A DNA stretch of 64,000 nt from Gemmatimonadota bacterium (GTDB taxonomy: Bacteria; Gemmatimonadota; Gemmatimonadetes; Palauibacterales; Palauibacteraceae): positions 1,920,001-1,984,000 of the forward strand of contig OY762926.1 of assembly GCA_963666735.1 (NCBI GenBank). Direction: 5' to 3'. Numbering within the stretch: the first letter of the stretch is position 1; each line of letters opens with the position of its first letter. The notes under the pieces are model-generated. The model saw only the letters and a program-made list of their open reading frames with translations. It ran no database searches and had not been told where the DNA came from. This document shows, in pieces, positions 24,183-36,505 of the stretch. A program made the position numbers and the translations under genes.

Positions 24183-24389
24183 GCGAACACCCGGCTGCGC
24201 GCGGAACACCTGCTTCGGAGGCACCCGGAGATTCTCGACTTGGATCCGGGGCGGATCCTCCTCATCGCGGGCCTGCAGCGTACCGCGACGACGACCCTGC
24301 ACCGATTGCTCGCGGCGGACCCCGGGATTCGCGCGTCGTGCAAGCTGCACCTGTGCGCTGCGGGTTCAACGACGTGGCACGAGGGCTGA
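24183..24389 (+). pseudogene. Sulfotransferase-family N-terminal fragment
   Basis: Manual translation TRLRAEHLLRRHPEILDLDPGRILLIAGLQRTATTTLHRLLAADPGIR resembles the PAPS-binding loop region. Confidence 0.65.
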
Positions 24390-24448
24390 AGGCCCGCGCG
24401 GAGGCCGGTTCGGCGGACGGGGGAGCCCGCGCCGGTGTGGGACCCGAC

Positions 24449-24542
24449 GCTGGGAAGGGGCCAGCGAGAGTCAGCGGGTGCCCAGCCTGTAGGCCTCGAA
24501 CTCCCGCTTGAGGTTCTCGATGTCCACGCTGAGGTCGACGAG
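24449..24542 (-). pseudogene. Degenerate copy of part of the sigma54 activator 3' region
   Basis: LVDLSVDIENLKREFEAYRLGTR* vs LVDLKVDIDDLKREFEAYRLGARR at 26481..26576. Confidence 0.85.
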
Positions 24543-24581
24543 CCATCCGATGCGGATTGCCGGTTCCCCATCGCCGATTCG

Positions 24582-25943
24582 TCAGTCGGGTGGACAGGAC
24601 TCGACGATGACTAGCGCGCCTGTCTCCCCTTCGAGGCGCAGGTGCAGCACGTAGTCCACGTCCAGATTGTCAGAGACCACGCCAAAAACTCCGCCGCCCG
24701 CGCCAAAGTGCAATGCTTCCAGCTCCGCGGACGCGGCCACCATGCCTCGATAACGCCCGCAGTTGTCCAAGAGATCCCAAGTCGAGCCAGCCTCGGCCCC
24801 TGTTCCCGGCTCCCGCTCGGCCCACAACCACCCTTCCGGCGACACTTCCAGGGCCGCCAATACAGGCCTCATGTCCGACTCCTTCTCACCTCTTTCCGGC
24901 AAGGGAGGAGGGGTGCCCAACTCCACGGTACGAAGGGTATCCCCGTCAAAGTTGACTTCGTGGAAGCGTCGGGCCGACCGATTCGCTAGCCACACTGTTC
25001 CGCCGGGTCCAGCCGCCCAAACGACCCGGGGTTCGGCGGCGGCAGCCGTGGTCAGATTCGTCGTGCCACCCCTGATCCGCCCCGCGTCGCGCCGGGTTTC
25101 CCTAGTTCTGCCCTCACCCAACGTTATGGGTCTCAGTTCGATCAGGAGCGTGTCCCCCGAGAGTATCTCGTGTTCAGCGGACACCGGCAGACGCGCCACA
25201 TGCAATTCCTGTCGACCAACGGAGGAGTTGAATGAAATGTGGGTCAATTCCCGATAAACGGAACCGAGAGTATCCGTGCCCACAACCCTTGTCATTGGCT
25301 TCGGATCCCAAGCCAAGGTAGCTACCGTGCCGCCGGATCGGCCCAGCTCGTTACCCAGCGAATCCAAGAGCAGTTGTTGCGAACGGTCGCCGACCCACAA
25401 TCGGTTGGGTGCCTGCCACACAATCCGGCCGCGCCCAGCCAGCTGGTTGGAGTAGCGTTTCTCGCCAGGTCCGTCTCCCTCTCGCGCCATGCTCCGCAGG
25501 TATCGCCCATCGCGATCGAAAACGCGGACTTCTCTCCATCCGACATCAAGGACATAGATTCGACCGCCCCCATCCACCGCCAGGTCGTGGATGTCGGCGA
25601 AGGCATCAGGTCCAGACCCGGACAGTCTTCCGATCCTCAGTTCCTCGACCAGCCGCCATTCTTCGGCAACCTCGGGGCCAGCCGACGCGACGTTGGACAC
25701 CACCGCACGTCGCCCACCCAAGGTGTCTTTCGGAAGTCCACCAGCCCCGCGTTCGACCTGGGCCGCCGACGGAATCGCCATGATCGCACATGACACCGTC
25801 GCCACGATAGCGTGCCGTGGCGAACGCAAGCGGTTGCCACCTCTTCTGGCCAATATCGCTTTCCAGGGAAGGGCGCTCGGCGCTCGGCGCGGGGGCAAGG
25901 CTCGGCCGGATCCGACCGGGATGGTTTGGCGGCGGCTGTGCAA
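24582..25943 (-). CDS. Secreted 6-bladed beta-propeller protein
   Basis: EELRIG, DLAVDGGGRIYVLD, AREGDGPGE, DNLDVDYV; start uncertain. Confidence 0.8.
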   Translation of the reverse strand: MHSRRQTIPVGSGRALPPRRAPSALPWKAILARRGGNRLRSPRHAIVATVSCAIMAIPSAAQVERGAGGLPKDTLGGRRAVVSNVASAGPEVAEEWRLVEELRIGRLSGSGPDAFADIHDLAVDGGGRIYVLDVGWREVRVFDRDGRYLRSMAREGDGPGEKRYSNQLAGRGRIVWQAPNRLWVGDRSQQLLLDSLGNELGRSGGTVATLAWDPKPMTRVVGTDTLGSVYRELTHISFNSSVGRQELHVARLPVSAEHEILSGDTLLIELRPITLGEGRTRETRRDAGRIRGGTTNLTTAAAAEPRVVWAAGPGGTVWLANRSARRFHEVNFDGDTLRTVELGTPPPLPERGEKESDMRPVLAALEVSPEGWLWAEREPGTGAEAGSTWDLLDNCGRYRGMVAASAELEALHFGAGGGVFGVVSDNLDVDYVLHLRLEGETGALVIVESCPPD

Positions 25944-26165
25944 GTCACTTACTCCACGATAAAGATGCAGGTTACGTCAACAGAGAAGTGCCACATGCCG
26001 CCGCCGAGATAGTAGCATCGTATGTCCCCTACGTGAGCGGCGTCCGCATCGAGATCTGCGCAGGCGTCAACAGCCTCGAGAATCCAACCTGTGACTGCAC
26101 TTTCCAGATCATGGGGGGGGGCGAGCGGAAAATGTCAAGATTGGCGTTCCTCTCGCCTGTTTAGG

Positions 26166-27809
26166 TTAATGTTCGATGCGGTACTTGCGGATCTTGCGGT
26201 AGATCGTGCGCTCGCCGATGCCCAGGGCCTGCGCGGCTTTCCGGCGGTTTCCCCCGGTCTGGCGGAGCACCGCGACGATCGCCTCGCGCTCGATCTCCTC
26301 CATCGTCATCCCGGGCCGGATCGCGATCATGTCGGCGTCCTCCGGGTAGGGACTGTCCCAGGCCGGCTGGGCGACTTCGTCCCCGGCGGGCGAGGCGCCG
26401 GCGGCCCCGGCCGCATCGGACGCGTCGACCGCGTCGGTGATGTCGATCTCGATCGCGTCTTCGATGTCTTCCCCCGCCCCGCTCCGGGAGGGGGCCGGAG
26501 GGAGTCGGCGGGCGCCCAGTCTGTAGGCCTCGAACTCCCGCTTGAGGTCATCGATGTCCACCTTGAGGTCGACGAGGGTGCGGAAGACGAAGGCGAGTTG
26601 CGGTGAACCGGGGATGGATCCGGCGCCGGCGCCGGCCGGAGGCGCGACGTGCCCGGGGGACGGCACGAGGCTCACGCCCCCGGTCCGGATCTCCGGCGGG
26701 ATGTCCTCCGGGCGGATGACGGAGCCGGGGGCGAGCACGACCATGGACTCGATCAGGTTCCGGAGTTCACGGACGTTCCCCGGCCAGTCGTAGTCGAGCA
26801 GGATCTGGAGCGCTTCCGGAGCGAGTCCGCGGAACTCCCGGTCGTGCTGCCGGCTGAACTCCGAGATGAAGCGGCGGATGAGGACCGGGATATCGCGGCG
26901 GCGCTCGCGGAGCGGCGGCATGTGGACGTTGAGGACGTTGAGGCGGTAGTACAGGTCGCGGCGGAACTCCCCCGTCTCGACCGCCTGCCTGAGGTCGCGG
27001 TTGGTGGCGGCGACGACGCGCACGCTGACCTGGATCTCGTGGTCCCCGCCCACCCTCATGAAGCGGCGGCTCTCGAGCACCCTCAGGAGCCGCGTCTGAG
27101 TGGGGAGCGGCATCTCGGCGATCTCGTCGAGGAGGAGCGTACCGCCATCGGCAAGTTCGAACATGCCCCGCCGCAGTGAGGTCGCTCCGGTGAAGGCGCC
27201 CTTCTCGTGCCCGAACAGTTCGGATTCGAGCAGCGACTCGGGGAGGGCGGCGCAGTTCACCGCGATGAAGGCCTTGGCGCGCCGCGGGGAGAGCCGGTGG
27301 AAGGCGCGCGCCACGAGTTCCTTTCCGGTCCCGCTCTCGCCGGTGAGGAGGACGGTGCTCATCACGGGGGCGATCATGTGCACCCGCTCGAGGATCTCGC
27401 GCATGGCCTCGGCGCGCCCGATGATTCCCGTTTTGCGCTGCAGGTCGTAGCGGTCGAGGTGCGTCTGCAGGACGACCCGCATCTCGTCGGGATCGAGGGG
27501 AACCGGGAGCGCCTCGTCGAGATCGAAGGACCGTGCCATCCGCCGACGCGCGTCCGGGTGAGTCTCCTCCGTGAGTCCGAGCACGGGCGGACGCGGAATC
27601 TCCGCCTCGAACAGGCCGCGCATCGCGGCGGCGCGCGATTCGTCGGGGGGACCGGTGAGGACGAGGGCGACCTCTGCCGCGCCGCCCAGCCGTCCCTCGA
27701 GTTCGCGCACGGATTCCACGAACTCGACCTCGTGCCCGTCGGCCTGCGCGGCCTGCCGGACGGCGATGGCGGCCTCCACTGCGCGCCCGTCGACGAAGAC
27801 GCGCGCCAT
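26166..27809 (-). CDS. Sigma54-dependent enhancer-binding activator (atypical receiver, AAA+, Fis HTH)
   Basis: GESGTGKE, ESELFGHEKGAFTGA, WPGNVREL, GNRRKAAQALGI. Confidence 0.95.
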   Translation of the reverse strand: MARVFVDGRAVEAAIAVRQAAQADGHEVEFVESVRELEGRLGGAAEVALVLTGPPDESRAAAMRGLFEAEIPRPPVLGLTEETHPDARRRMARSFDLDEALPVPLDPDEMRVVLQTHLDRYDLQRKTGIIGRAEAMREILERVHMIAPVMSTVLLTGESGTGKELVARAFHRLSPRRAKAFIAVNCAALPESLLESELFGHEKGAFTGATSLRRGMFELADGGTLLLDEIAEMPLPTQTRLLRVLESRRFMRVGGDHEIQVSVRVVAATNRDLRQAVETGEFRRDLYYRLNVLNVHMPPLRERRRDIPVLIRRFISEFSRQHDREFRGLAPEALQILLDYDWPGNVRELRNLIESMVVLAPGSVIRPEDIPPEIRTGGVSLVPSPGHVAPPAGAGAGSIPGSPQLAFVFRTLVDLKVDIDDLKREFEAYRLGARRLPPAPSRSGAGEDIEDAIEIDITDAVDASDAAGAAGASPAGDEVAQPAWDSPYPEDADMIAIRPGMTMEEIEREAIVAVLRQTGGNRRKAAQALGIGERTIYRKIRKYRIEH

Positions 27810-29398
27810 CAGCCGCCTGGCGACGCGTGCGCGGTATCGCCGCGCAACAGGTCGACCGCGTGGTCGACCACCGGTTCGAGCGCGGCCAGGCCGTCGGACA
27901 CGCCGCCCGGGCTCCCGGGCAGGTTGATGAGGAGCGTCTCGCCGCGGACTCCGGCCAGCCCGCGGCCGAGCGCGGCGTAGGGCGTGGATTCGGCACCGAC
28001 GCGGCGCAGCATCTCGGCGATCCCCGGCGCCTCGCGCTCGAGGACCGTGCGCGTCGCTTCGGGCGTCACGTCGCGCGCGGCAAGTCCGGTTCCGCCAGTC
28101 GTGAGGACGAGATCGACCCCCCGTACATCACACCAGTGCAGGAGGCGCGAGGCGATCGCGTCACTCTCGTCCGGCACGACATCCGCGCCGGACAACGAGT
28201 AGGCGCGCCCCCGAATCCACTTCCGGATGAGATCTCCGGAACCATCTTCGCGCTCGCCGGCGTACACGCCGTCGGAGATGGTCACGACGGCGATCCGCGG
28301 GGCGATCCGGTGCAGCGATCCGCGCGGATAGAAGGGCGGGCGCACGACTTCGCCCGCGATCGCCTTCCCCCGAATCATGATCTCCACGGCGTCGCCGAAG
28401 CCCGCGTCGACCGGCAGGTAGGCGGTCGCGATTCCGTGCCCCATGGAAGGGCTCACGGTCCCGCTTCGGACCTTTCCGACCGCCTCCCCGCCGAGTCGCA
28501 CTTCGTAACCCGCCCGCGGGAAGCCCCGCTCGAGCAGTCTCAGGAAGCGCAGCTTGCGGGCGAGACCGGCGGCGCGCTGGACGGCGAGGGCTTCCGCGCC
28601 CATGAAGTCGCCCTTGGCGTGCTTCACGAGCCACCCGAGTCCGGCCTCGAGCGCGGTCGTCTCATCGTCCACGTCGTTGCCGTAGAGCGCGTACCCCATC
28701 TCGAGCCGGAGCGAGTCCCTGGCCCCCAGGCCCGTGGGGACGGCGCCGGCCGCGACGAGCGCCCGCCACGTCGCCACCGCGTGCGCGTTCGGCATATAGA
28801 GTTCGAACCCGATCTCCCCCGTGTAGCCGGTCCGGCTGATGACGCACGGCGCCCCCGCGACCTCGCCGTGCACGAACCGGTAGTACTCGATCTCCGCCAG
28901 CGGCTGGTCCGTCAGCGGCGCCAGCATCACCTCGGCCATGGGTCCCTGGAGGGCGAGGAGGGCGATCTCATCGCTCTCGTCCGTCATCTCGACGTCGAAG
29001 CCCCGCGCGAGCCCGCTGAGGTGCGCCCAGTCCTTGGCCAGGTTGGCGGCGTTGACGACGAGCCGGTAATCCGCCTCGCCCATGCAGTAGACGATGAGGT
29101 CGTCGATGACGCCGCCGGTCTCGTGGCACATCGCGCTGTACTGGGCGTCTCCCGGCGCCAGGCGCGAGGGGTCGTTCGTCGTCGCGTAGGCCACGAACGC
29201 CCGCGCGTCCTCGCCGCGGACGCGGAACTCTCCCATGTGGGAGACGTCGAACAGGCCCGCGGTCTCGCGCACGGCATGGTGCTCGGCCCGGATCCCGGTC
29301 GGGTACTGGACGGGCATCGCGTACCCGGCGAAGGGAACGATCTTTCCGCCCAGGCGGACGTGTTCTTCGAATAGCGGGGTTTCTTTCAGGTCCTTCAC
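27809..29398 (-). CDS. gcvT: Glycine cleavage T protein fused to MogA/MoaB molybdopterin adenylyltransferase domain
   Basis: [27 protein letters not shown], then VVTISD...TTGGTG...RDVTPEAT...NLPGSP in the same frame. Confidence 0.9.
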   Translation of the reverse strand: MKDLKETPLFEEHVRLGGKIVPFAGYAMPVQYPTGIRAEHHAVRETAGLFDVSHMGEFRVRGEDARAFVAYATTNDPSRLAPGDAQYSAMCHETGGVIDDLIVYCMGEADYRLVVNAANLAKDWAHLSGLARGFDVEMTDESDEIALLALQGPMAEVMLAPLTDQPLAEIEYYRFVHGEVAGAPCVISRTGYTGEIGFELYMPNAHAVATWRALVAAGAVPTGLGARDSLRLEMGYALYGNDVDDETTALEAGLGWLVKHAKGDFMGAEALAVQRAAGLARKLRFLRLLERGFPRAGYEVRLGGEAVGKVRSGTVSPSMGHGIATAYLPVDAGFGDAVEIMIRGKAIAGEVVRPPFYPRGSLHRIAPRIAVVTISDGVYAGEREDGSGDLIRKWIRGRAYSLSGADVVPDESDAIASRLLHWCDVRGVDLVLTTGGTGLAARDVTPEATRTVLEREAPGIAEMLRRVGAESTPYAALGRGLAGVRGETLLINLPGSPGGVSDGLAALEPVVDHAVDLLRGDTAHASPGG

Positions 29399-30312
29399 GA
29401 TGCCGCTCCCATGAGCATGGCGAGGATCGCCTTCTGCGAGTGGAGCCGATTCTCCGCCTCGTCCCAGACGCGGGACGCCGGCCCGTCGATGACTTCGGCC
29501 GCGACTTCCTCGCCCCGGTGCGCGGGCAGGCAGTGGAGGAAGATCGCATCATCGGCGGCCCGGGCCATGATCTCCGCGCCCACATGGTATCCGTCGAAGG
29601 CCCGCGCACGCTCCACGGCCTCTTCCTCCTGTCCCATCGAGGCCCAGACATCCGTCGTCACGACGTGCGCCCCCTCGGCCGCCTCGGCCGGCGCCCGAAA
29701 GAGATCGACCTGCGTCGCGCGTCCCGCCGCGGCGAGGATCGCGGGGTCCGGATCGTAGCCTTCCGGGCAGGCGAGACGGAGTCGGAAGCCGAGCTTCGCG
29801 GCCGCGTTCAACCACGAGTTCGCCACGTTGTTGCCATCGCCGATCCAGGCGACGGTCCGCCCCGAGAGGTCGGGGCCGAACTCCGCGCGCGCGGTCTGCA
29901 GATCCGCCATGATCTGGCAGGGGTGCAGCAGGTCCGTGAGGCCGTTGATGACGGGAATCGAACCGTGCTCGGCCAGCGCCTCGACATCGGCCTGCGCGAA
30001 CGTCCGGATCATGATTCCGTGCACGAAGCGCGACAGGACACGGGCCGTATCGGAGAGCGGCTCCCCGCGTCCGATCTGGATGTCGCGCGCGGACAGGAAG
30101 AGCGCCTGCCCGCCCAGTTGGTGCGTCCCCACCTCGAAGGACACCCGGGTACGGGTCGAACTCTTCGTGAAGATCATGGCGAGCGTCTTCCCGGTGAGGG
30201 GACGGCCCGCCGCGCCGGGGTCGGCCTTGAGGCGGTCGGCGAGATCGAGCGCCTCGCGCAGCCGCCCGGGCGCCCAGTCGGCGATCGAGAGAAAATGTCG
30301 GGTCCGGTCCAT
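29395..30312 (-). CDS. argF: Ornithine carbamoyltransferase
   Basis: [20 protein letters not shown]. Confidence 0.96.
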   Translation of the reverse strand: MDRTRHFLSIADWAPGRLREALDLADRLKADPGAAGRPLTGKTLAMIFTKSSTRTRVSFEVGTHQLGGQALFLSARDIQIGRGEPLSDTARVLSRFVHGIMIRTFAQADVEALAEHGSIPVINGLTDLLHPCQIMADLQTARAEFGPDLSGRTVAWIGDGNNVANSWLNAAAKLGFRLRLACPEGYDPDPAILAAAGRATQVDLFRAPAEAAEGAHVVTTDVWASMGQEEEAVERARAFDGYHVGAEIMARAADDAIFLHCLPAHRGEEVAAEVIDGPASRVWDEAENRLHSQKAILAMLMGAAS

Positions 30313-30338
30313 GGCCTCGTGTGCCCTCGGGTCTCCGC

Positions 30339-31823
30339 TCAGAGGATGTAGCGTCTCAGGTCTTCGTCGTCCGCGATGCGCGACAGACGGTCCCGCACGA
30401 AGTCCGCGTCGACGGTGATCGTCTCGTTCGCCCGCGCTTCCGGCAGATCGAAGAGGATCTTCTCCAGGAGTGTGCTGAGGACGGTGTGGAGACGCCGGGC
30501 GCCGATGTTCTCCGTCCTCTCGTTCACGTGGCTCGCGATGCGGGCGATTTCGCGGACCGCGCCCTCCTCGAACTCGAGCCGGGCGGACTCGGTCTCCACG
30601 AGTGCCCGGTACTGCGCGAGCAGGGCGTAGCGGGGTTCCCGGAGGATGCGCGTGAAAGCCTCCGCGTCCAGACTCTCGAGTTCCACGCGGATCGGGAACC
30701 GGCCCTGCAGTTCGGGGATCAGATCCGAGGGCTTCGCGATGTGGAACGCCCCGGCCGCGATGAACAGGATGTGGTCCGTGCGGACCATCCCGTACCGCGT
30801 CTGGACCGTGGACCCCTCGACGATGGGCAGGAGGTCGCGCTGCACGCCCTCGCGCGAAACGTCGGGTCCCGCGCCGCCGTGCTTCCCGGCGACCTTGTCG
30901 ATCTCGTCGAGGAAGACGATCCCCATGCTCTCGGTTCGGCGCAGCGCCTGCTCCGTGACCTCCTCCATGTCCACCAGGTTCGCGAGTTCCTCGGAGCGGA
31001 GGATCCGGCGGGCGTCCGCTACGGTGACCCTGCGGCGGCGCGTCTTCTTCGGAAGCACCCCCTTGAGGACTTCCCCGATGTTGAAGTCCACGCTCTCCAT
31101 GCCGCCCCCCACATCCAGCATGGGGATCGAGCTTTCGCTGACCTCGACTTCGACCTCCCGTTCATCGAGCATGCCGTCGCGCAGGAGGCCGCGGAGCTTC
31201 TCGCGCGTGCGCTGCTTGCGCTGCTCGGAAGGCTCGCCGGAGCGGGTCTCGGATGCGTGTCCCGCAAGCGACACGACGAACTGCCGCTGCGGGTCCCCGC
31301 CGGAACCCGCCACGGGCTCACCCTCCGCCACGGGAGGAAGAAGCAGGTCGAGGAGGCGCTCCTCGACTCGCCGGTCGGCGATCTCACCGTGCCGGGCTTC
31401 CTGCTCCTCGCGCACGAGCTTGATCGCGATCTCGACGAGATCCCGGATCATCGATTCCACATCGCGGCCGACGTAGCCCACTTCGGTGAACTTCGAGGCC
31501 TCGACCTTGATGAACGGAGCGCCCGCAAGCCGCGAGAGACGGCGGGCGATCTCGGTCTTCCCCACACCGGTCGGGCCGATGAGGATGATGTTGTTGGGGA
31601 GGATCTCCTCGCGCATCCCCTCGTCGACGTTCTGCCGCCGCCAGCGGTTGCGGAGCGCGATCGCGACGGCCTTCTTCGCCTCGTCCTGTCCGATGATGTA
31701 CTGGTCGAGTTCCTCGACGATCTGTCGGGGGGTGAGCGCCGCCGCGATTCCGGGGTCGCCGGGATCCGGGGCGGGGACGATATCGGGGCGGTGCGTCACT
31801 CGCCCGCCATCGCTGGTCGTCAT
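30339..31823 (-). CDS. hslU: HslU ATPase
   Basis: [36 protein letters not shown]. Confidence 0.97.
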   Translation of the reverse strand: MTTSDGGRVTHRPDIVPAPDPGDPGIAAALTPRQIVEELDQYIIGQDEAKKAVAIALRNRWRRQNVDEGMREEILPNNIILIGPTGVGKTEIARRLSRLAGAPFIKVEASKFTEVGYVGRDVESMIRDLVEIAIKLVREEQEARHGEIADRRVEERLLDLLLPPVAEGEPVAGSGGDPQRQFVVSLAGHASETRSGEPSEQRKQRTREKLRGLLRDGMLDEREVEVEVSESSIPMLDVGGGMESVDFNIGEVLKGVLPKKTRRRRVTVADARRILRSEELANLVDMEEVTEQALRRTESMGIVFLDEIDKVAGKHGGAGPDVSREGVQRDLLPIVEGSTVQTRYGMVRTDHILFIAAGAFHIAKPSDLIPELQGRFPIRVELESLDAEAFTRILREPRYALLAQYRALVETESARLEFEEGAVREIARIASHVNERTENIGARRLHTVLSTLLEKILFDLPEARANETITVDADFVRDRLSRIADDEDLRRYIL

Positions 31824-32401
31824 GGTTCGTTTCCGTTCCCGTTCGCGTTGCCGTCCGCGCTGCCCGGGAGTTCGAGCACCGTGATCTCCCGGTTCGTGTA
31901 CACGCAGATCTCCGCCGCGATCTCCAGGGCCTGCCGGGCGACTTCCGCGGCCGGCAACTCCGTCCGGCGGACGAGGGCCCGGGCGGCGGCGAGCGCGTGC
32001 GGCCCTCCGGAACCGAGCGCAAGAATGCCGTCGTCCGGTTCGATGACCTCTCCCGTGCCGGCGATGAGCAAGCTCGTCTCCCGGTCGGCGACGGCGAGCA
32101 GCGCCTCGAGCCGCCGGAGATAACGGTCGCTCCGCCACTCCTTCGCGAGTTCCACCGCCGCGCGCGTGAGGTGGCGAGGGTAGCGTTCGAGTTGCGCCTC
32201 GAACTTCTCGAACAGGGTGAGAGCATCGGCGACGCCGCCGGCGAAGCCCGCCAGGATCCGGCCATCGCGCATGGTGCGGAGCTTGTTCGCCTTCGCCTTG
32301 ACGACGGTTTCTCCCATGGTCACCTGGCCGTCACCCGCCATCGCGACCTCCCCTCCGACCCGGACACAGAGGATCGTCGTGGCTCGTATCATTCTCTTCA
32401 T
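31820..32401 (-). CDS. hslV: HslV protease
   Basis: TTILCVR, AGDGQVT, GSGG. Confidence 0.97.
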   Translation of the reverse strand: MKRMIRATTILCVRVGGEVAMAGDGQVTMGETVVKAKANKLRTMRDGRILAGFAGGVADALTLFEKFEAQLERYPRHLTRAAVELAKEWRSDRYLRRLEALLAVADRETSLLIAGTGEVIEPDDGILALGSGGPHALAAARALVRRTELPAAEVARQALEIAAEICVYTNREITVLELPGSADGNANGNGNEP

Positions 32402-33342
32402 TCTCCTCCGCGCGGATGGGCCCGGGAGTGTACGCGCTTGAGGCGGTCCACGGATGTGTGCGTGTAGATCCGGGTCGTGCTCAGACTCGCGTGTCCCAGC
32501 ATCTCCTTCACCGAGACGAGGTCCGCCCCCCGATCGAGAAGGTGGGTCGCGAAGGAGTGGCGCAGCGAATGCGTGGTCAGCCGGTCACCGTCCGCGACCC
32601 GCGCGAGTTGGGCCGTCACGTCGCGCTGGATCTGCCGCCGCGAGAGGCGGGTGCCGCGAACGGAGAGGAACGCGGCTCGGGAGGTGCTTTCCCCCCGTTT
32701 GCCGAAGTAGGCGTCGAGCGCTTCCGAGGCGCGCCGGCCGAGCGGGACGATGCGCTCCTTCTCCCCCTTGCCGAGAGCGCGAATCTGCCCGGCGCGGGAG
32801 TCCACGGCGGTCGCATCGAGGCCGTGCACCTCCGCCAGCCGCAGTCCGCACGAGTACAGCAACTCGAGGAGGGCCCAGCGCCGGAGCGCCACCGCGGATC
32901 CGTCCCGCCGCGCCGCCTCGCCGGCCGAATCGAGCAGTTCGCGCGCGTCCTCTTCGCTCAGAAAGGAGGGCAGCGTCCGGTCCCGCCGGGGGGTGCGCAC
33001 GAGCCGGGCGGGGCTGGCCTCCACCCGGTCCGTGCGCCGGAGGAAGGCGAAGAAGGCGCGCACCGCGGCGAGCTTGCGGGCGATCGAGGAACGTTTCAGC
33101 CCGCGCAACTCCAGGTCTCCCATGAAGGAACGGATGGACACCCGATGGACGTCCGCCCAGCCCCAGTCGCGTGTCCCCTCGTACGCGCTCAGGAAGGCCT
33201 CGAATTGATCGAGGTCGCGACGGTACGCGGACACGGTGTTGGGGGACAGCCGTCGCTCGGCACGGGCGTAGCGGAGGAAGTCGTCGACCCAGGCGCGCCG
33301 GGCTCGCGCTCGCGCACCGGCGGGCGCGGACGTCCCGGTCAT
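32398..33342 (-). CDS. xerC: Tyrosine recombinase XerC
   Basis: [35 protein letters not shown]; topA-xerC-hslVU synteny. Confidence 0.92.
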   Translation of the reverse strand: MTGTSAPAGARARARRAWVDDFLRYARAERRLSPNTVSAYRRDLDQFEAFLSAYEGTRDWGWADVHRVSIRSFMGDLELRGLKRSSIARKLAAVRAFFAFLRRTDRVEASPARLVRTPRRDRTLPSFLSEEDARELLDSAGEAARRDGSAVALRRWALLELLYSCGLRLAEVHGLDATAVDSRAGQIRALGKGEKERIVPLGRRASEALDAYFGKRGESTSRAAFLSVRGTRLSRRQIQRDVTAQLARVADGDRLTTHSLRHSFATHLLDRGADLVSVKEMLGHASLSTTRIYTHTSVDRLKRVHSRAHPRGGE

Positions 33343-35894
33343 TTTCTCGACGACTTCTTGCGGGGGCCGCCGCGCCGCCCACCCGTCTTTCTGGTCGCGT
33401 CGCGCTCCTTCCGCTTCCTCAGCAGGTCCAGCGCCATGTCCAGCGTGACCTCATCGGGCTCCGTCCCCCTGGGCAGCGAAGCGTTCGTCTTGCCGTGTTT
33501 GACGTAGGGGCCGTAGCGACCCTTGTAGATTGCGATCGACTCGCCGTCATCGGGGTGCGCGCCGACTTCCCGCAGCGGTGTGGCGCTCGCCCGCCGGCCC
33601 CGCGTCTTGGGCGCGGAGAGCAACTCCATGGCGCGCTCGAAGGTGACCTCGAGCGGGTCGTCGTTTTCCGTCAGCGAGCGGAAATCCTTTTGGTGGACGA
33701 CGTACGGACCGTAGCGACCGATCCCCACCTTCACCGGGTCGCCGCTCTCCGGGTGCGTGCCGAGCGGGGCGGGCATGGCGAGCAGCTTGAGCGCCATCGC
33801 CAGCGACACATCCTCCGGCTGAACGTTCTTCGGGAGGGAGGCGCGTTTCGGCTTCCTCGCGTCCGTCCTCTCGCCTTGCTGCACGTAGGGGCCGTAGCGC
33901 CCCTCCATGAGGTAGATGGCCTCTCCGGAATCGGGGTCCTCTCCCAGCCGGTCCGGACCTTCCGCCCGTTTCTGGAGGAGATCGATCGCCTGCTCCTCGC
34001 TGAGGTCGGCCGGGGCGACATCCTCCGGGAGGGACGCGGTGAGCCGATCACCGTTGCGCTCGAGTTCGAGGAAGGGGCCATAACGGCCGATCCGCACGCG
34101 GGGGGTGAGGTCCTGGAGGCGGACGGTCGAGGCCTCCCGCGGGTCGATGGCCGCTTCGCGCTCGACAAGTCGCGCTTCGAGACCTTTCCCGCCGCTGTAG
34201 AACTCCCCGAGGTACGCGCGCCAGTCCACGTTGCCGCGCGCGATCTCGTCCAGCGCCTCCTCCATCTCGGAGGTGAACCCGGTGTCGACGAGGTTCGGGA
34301 AGTGATCCTCCAGGAGACCGGTCACCGCGAAGGCGATGAAGGTGGGCACGAGTTGCTTGCTCTGCCGCACGGCGTAGCCTCGATCGACGACGGTCGAGAT
34401 GATGGCGGCGTACGTGGAGGGGCGCCCGATGCCGTCCGCCTCCAGTTCCTTGACGAGCGCCGCATCCGTGAAGCGGGGGGGCGGCTTCGTCTCGTGCTTC
34501 CGACTCTCCAGCTTGCGGTTCTCGAGTGTCTGACCCTCCCGCATGTCGGGGAGGACCGTTTCCTGGTTCTCCAGCGCCGCGTCCGGGTCGTCGGAGCCTT
34601 CGACGTAGGCGCGGAAGAAGCCGGGGAACTCGATGACTTTGCCCGCGGCGCGGAAGCGCGCCTCCTCCGCGTCCACGTGCACGTTCAGGTGCCGCAGCCG
34701 GGCATCCGCCATCTGCGTCGCGACCGCACGTCTCCAGATCAGTTCGTAGAGCGCCTTCTGCCGGCCGGTGAGTCCGAGTTCGGCGGCCGTGCGCATGTCG
34801 GTGCCGGACGGGCGAATCGCCTCGTGGGCCTCCTGGGCGGAGCGGGATTTCGTCTTGTAGCGCCGCGGGACAGAGCTCAGGTATTCCTCCCCGTACCGGG
34901 CCGCCACGCGGCTTCGGATCGCCCTGATCGCGGCTTCGGACAATGTGACGGAATCGGTCCTCATGTAGGTGATATGGCCGGCCTCGTAGAGCGCCTGCGC
35001 AATCCGCATCGTGTCCCGGGCCCCGAGGTTCAGCTTGCGGTTGGCCTCCTGCTGGAGGGTCGCGGTCGTAAACGGAGGATACGGGCTCCGCTTCGACTGC
35101 CTTTCCTGCAGCTTGACGACCTTGAAGGTCGCGTCGGCCAAGCGCGCGCGGAGGGCCTCGGCGCGTTCCCGGTCCAGCAGGACGACCTTGCGGCCGGACT
35201 TGAGCGCGCCGGTGCGTTCATCGAAATCCCGGCCCCTCGCGATCGCCACCCCGTCGAGCGCAGCCAGATCGGCCGTGAAAACGTGCCCATTCGCGGCGAG
35301 GTGGGCGCGCAGCCGCCACCAGGTCCCGCTCCGGAAGGCGCGCCGCTCCCGCTCGCGCTCGACGAGCAGGCGGACGGCGACCGACTGCACGCGGCCCGCG
35401 GAGAGTCCGGGCTTGATCTTCTTCCACAGGAGCGGGGAGACCCCGTACCCGACGAGGCGATCCAGAATCCTGCGCGCCTGCTGGGCTTCGATGCGGGGGA
35501 GGTCGATCTCTCCCGGCTGCTCGAGCGCCGCGAGCACGGCATTTCTCGTGATCTCGTTGAATGTGATGCGGCGGAACCGCTCTCGAAGCGACCGCTTCCG
35601 CGCGGTCAGAGCCTCGACGATGTGGTAGGCGATCGCCTCGCCTTCGCGGTCGGGGTCCGTGGCGAGGAGAATTGAATCCGCCTTCGCCGCCTCCGCGCGC
35701 AGCTTCCGGAGGACGGGTTCCTTCCCCTCGATCGTGACGTACTCCGGCTCGAACCCCTTTTCGACGTCGACGCCGAGGCCGCTCCTGGGGAGATCCCGGA
35801 CGTGCCCGACGGATGCCTGTACGCTGAAGCCGGCCCCGAGATACGACTCCAGGGTGCGGGCCTTCGCGGGCGACTCCACGATGACGAGATTCAC
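33339..35894 (-). CDS. topA: DNA topoisomerase I
   Basis: [34 protein letters not shown]-terminal GRYGPY repeats. Confidence 0.98.
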   Translation of the reverse strand: MNLVIVESPAKARTLESYLGAGFSVQASVGHVRDLPRSGLGVDVEKGFEPEYVTIEGKEPVLRKLRAEAAKADSILLATDPDREGEAIAYHIVEALTARKRSLRERFRRITFNEITRNAVLAALEQPGEIDLPRIEAQQARRILDRLVGYGVSPLLWKKIKPGLSAGRVQSVAVRLLVERERERRAFRSGTWWRLRAHLAANGHVFTADLAALDGVAIARGRDFDERTGALKSGRKVVLLDRERAEALRARLADATFKVVKLQERQSKRSPYPPFTTATLQQEANRKLNLGARDTMRIAQALYEAGHITYMRTDSVTLSEAAIRAIRSRVAARYGEEYLSSVPRRYKTKSRSAQEAHEAIRPSGTDMRTAAELGLTGRQKALYELIWRRAVATQMADARLRHLNVHVDAEEARFRAAGKVIEFPGFFRAYVEGSDDPDAALENQETVLPDMREGQTLENRKLESRKHETKPPPRFTDAALVKELEADGIGRPSTYAAIISTVVDRGYAVRQSKQLVPTFIAFAVTGLLEDHFPNLVDTGFTSEMEEALDEIARGNVDWRAYLGEFYSGGKGLEARLVEREAAIDPREASTVRLQDLTPRVRIGRYGPFLELERNGDRLTASLPEDVAPADLSEEQAIDLLQKRAEGPDRLGEDPDSGEAIYLMEGRYGPYVQQGERTDARKPKRASLPKNVQPEDVSLAMALKLLAMPAPLGTHPESGDPVKVGIGRYGPYVVHQKDFRSLTENDDPLEVTFERAMELLSAPKTRGRRASATPLREVGAHPDDGESIAIYKGRYGPYVKHGKTNASLPRGTEPDEVTLDMALDLLRKRKERDATRKTGGRRGGPRKKSSRK

Positions 35895-35904
35895 GTGCGG
35901 CCTC

Positions 35905-36504
35905 TCAACTCTCCTGTGGTCCTTCCGTGGTTCCTTCCACTGTTCCTTCCACCGTTCCTTCCCGGTCCGCCGGCGGGCGGGGCGCGAGACGCCGCAGACA
36001 TCTCAGCGCTACCTCCACGACATCATCCGGTTCCCGTCCATCCGTCTCCAGCACCAGTTCGGCCTCCGCGTAGGCGGCCTCCCGCGCCGCGAGCAGGGCG
36101 GCGAGCGCAGCCGCGGGGTCGGGTCCGGCCAGCAGAGGCCGAACCTCGGCACCCTCCCCGGAGAGGCGATGGATCGCGGTCTCGGGGCGCACGCGCAACC
36201 AGACGCGTACCCGGCCACCGGACGTACGGTCGATGTCCCGGCGCGCCATCCACCCTCCTCCGGTCGCAACGATGACATCCGTTGCCCGTGCCGCCCGGGA
36301 CGCGGCCCTGGCCTCGAGCCGCCGGAACTCGGCTTCGCCGCCGACGCGAAACAGGTGAGGGATCGTCTCCCCCGCCAGCTCCTCGACCTCGCGGTCGAGA
36401 TCCACATAGCGATACCCCAGCCGCCGGGCGAGGAGCGGTCCTATCGTACTCTTCCCCGCCCCGGAGAGCCCGACGAGCCAGATCCTTCGGGGCACCCTCG
36501 ACAC
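35905..36504 (-). CDS. aroK: Shikimate kinase
   Basis: GLSGAGKST, VATGGG, RPLL. Confidence 0.93.
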   Translation of the reverse strand: MSRVPRRIWLVGLSGAGKSTIGPLLARRLGYRYVDLDREVEELAGETIPHLFRVGGEAEFRRLEARAASRAARATDVIVATGGGWMARRDIDRTSGGRVRVWLRVRPETAIHRLSGEGAEVRPLLAGPDPAAALAALLAAREAAYAEAELVLETDGREPDDVVEVALRCLRRLAPRPPADREGTVEGTVEGTTEGPQES

Positions 36505-36505
36505 G

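Noticed and set aside
32398..33342. Tyrosine recombinase as integron/island integrase for the cassettes
   Set aside because: Embedded in the topA-xerC-hslVU housekeeping operon; no attC-like array seen.
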